The position numbers were made by a program, and so were the translations under genes. From a virus (Duplodnaviria > Heunggongvirae > Uroviricota > Caudoviricetes), in the IMG/VR virus record IMGVR_UViG_3300025735_000005: a DNA stretch of 64,000 nucleotides. One strand, given 5' to 3'. The notes beneath the pieces were generated by a model. That model did not search any database. It was not told the origin of the DNA and saw nothing but the letters and a program-made list of their open reading frames with translations. The stretch's first letter is position 1; each line of letters begins with the position of its first letter. Below, piece by piece: positions 63,907 to 64,000 of the stretch.

Positions 63907-64000
63907 TTGATAGTTTAATCGTCGTAGTCAGAGAGGCCACGCATAGCCTCGCTGTACCATTCCCAATTATCAACACCGTTTGCTTCCAAAGCTGACAGCT

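Noticed and set aside
1-64000. CRISPR arrays, integrase/lysogeny module, DNA polymerase, endolysin
   Set aside because: Searched by eye for regular repeat-spacer structure, tyrosine recombinase motifs (R..HxxR..Y), polymerase motifs A/C and lysozyme/amidase motifs; none found in this window. DNA polymerase and lysis genes probably lie outside it.

Overview
This window is a contiguous ~64 kb stretch of a tailed dsDNA phage genome (siphovirus-like: tape measure protein, tail-tube protein and G/GT chaperones, no sheath protein). Almost every gene is on the minus strand, so transcription runs from high to low coordinates. The plus-strand ORFs in the track are overwhelmingly antisense shadows of the minus-strand genes.

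Gene order, right to left:
- 55.7-63.9 kb: replication and nucleotide metabolism. 5'-3' exonuclease/FEN, GIY-YIG endonuclease, T7 gp4-like primase-helicase, class I ribonucleotide reductase NrdA and NrdB, MazG-like protein, ATP-dependent DNA ligase.
- 44.7-55.5 kb: a block of small early genes of unknown function. It includes a redox-dead thioredoxin and a strongly expressed 201-aa gene with twin promoters and its own terminator.
- 33-44.7 kb: an accessory island that looks like anti-defense. NadV plus NatV (NAD+ salvage, NARP2-like), macro domain, T4 Pnk-like kinase, Rnl2-like RNA ligase, SpoT/Mesh1-like HD hydrolase, a 658-aa orphan protein, and a tandem array of six diverged ~90-aa paralogous units in four genes.
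- 32.43-32.55 kb: a strong intrinsic terminator followed by a promoter-like motif.
- 29.3-32.1 kb: packaging genes. The large terminase is interrupted by an HNH endonuclease, probably inside an intron.
- 23.3-28.7 kb: a tail-fiber-like SGNH-esterase protein and the portal.
- 17.9-22.6 kb: a 1551-aa fusion of a Mu F / SPP1 gp7-like head-morphogenesis domain with a T7-like single-subunit RNA polymerase.
- 14-17.8 kb: scaffold, major capsid, connector proteins, major tail protein.
- 13.95-14.03 kb: a tRNA-Trp.
- 13.04-13.69 kb: G/GT tail chaperones with a lambda-identical GGGAAAG -1 frameshift site.
- 2.8-12.7 kb: a 3292-aa tape measure protein.
- 1-2.8 kb: minor tail proteins and the start of a lambda J-like tip protein that runs off the left edge.

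A conserved motif GGGTTAATTTAACGGG occurs four times in intergenic regions and is the best candidate for the promoter of the phage's own RNA polymerase. No CRISPR array, integrase, DNA polymerase or endolysin was seen. The last three may lie outside the window.
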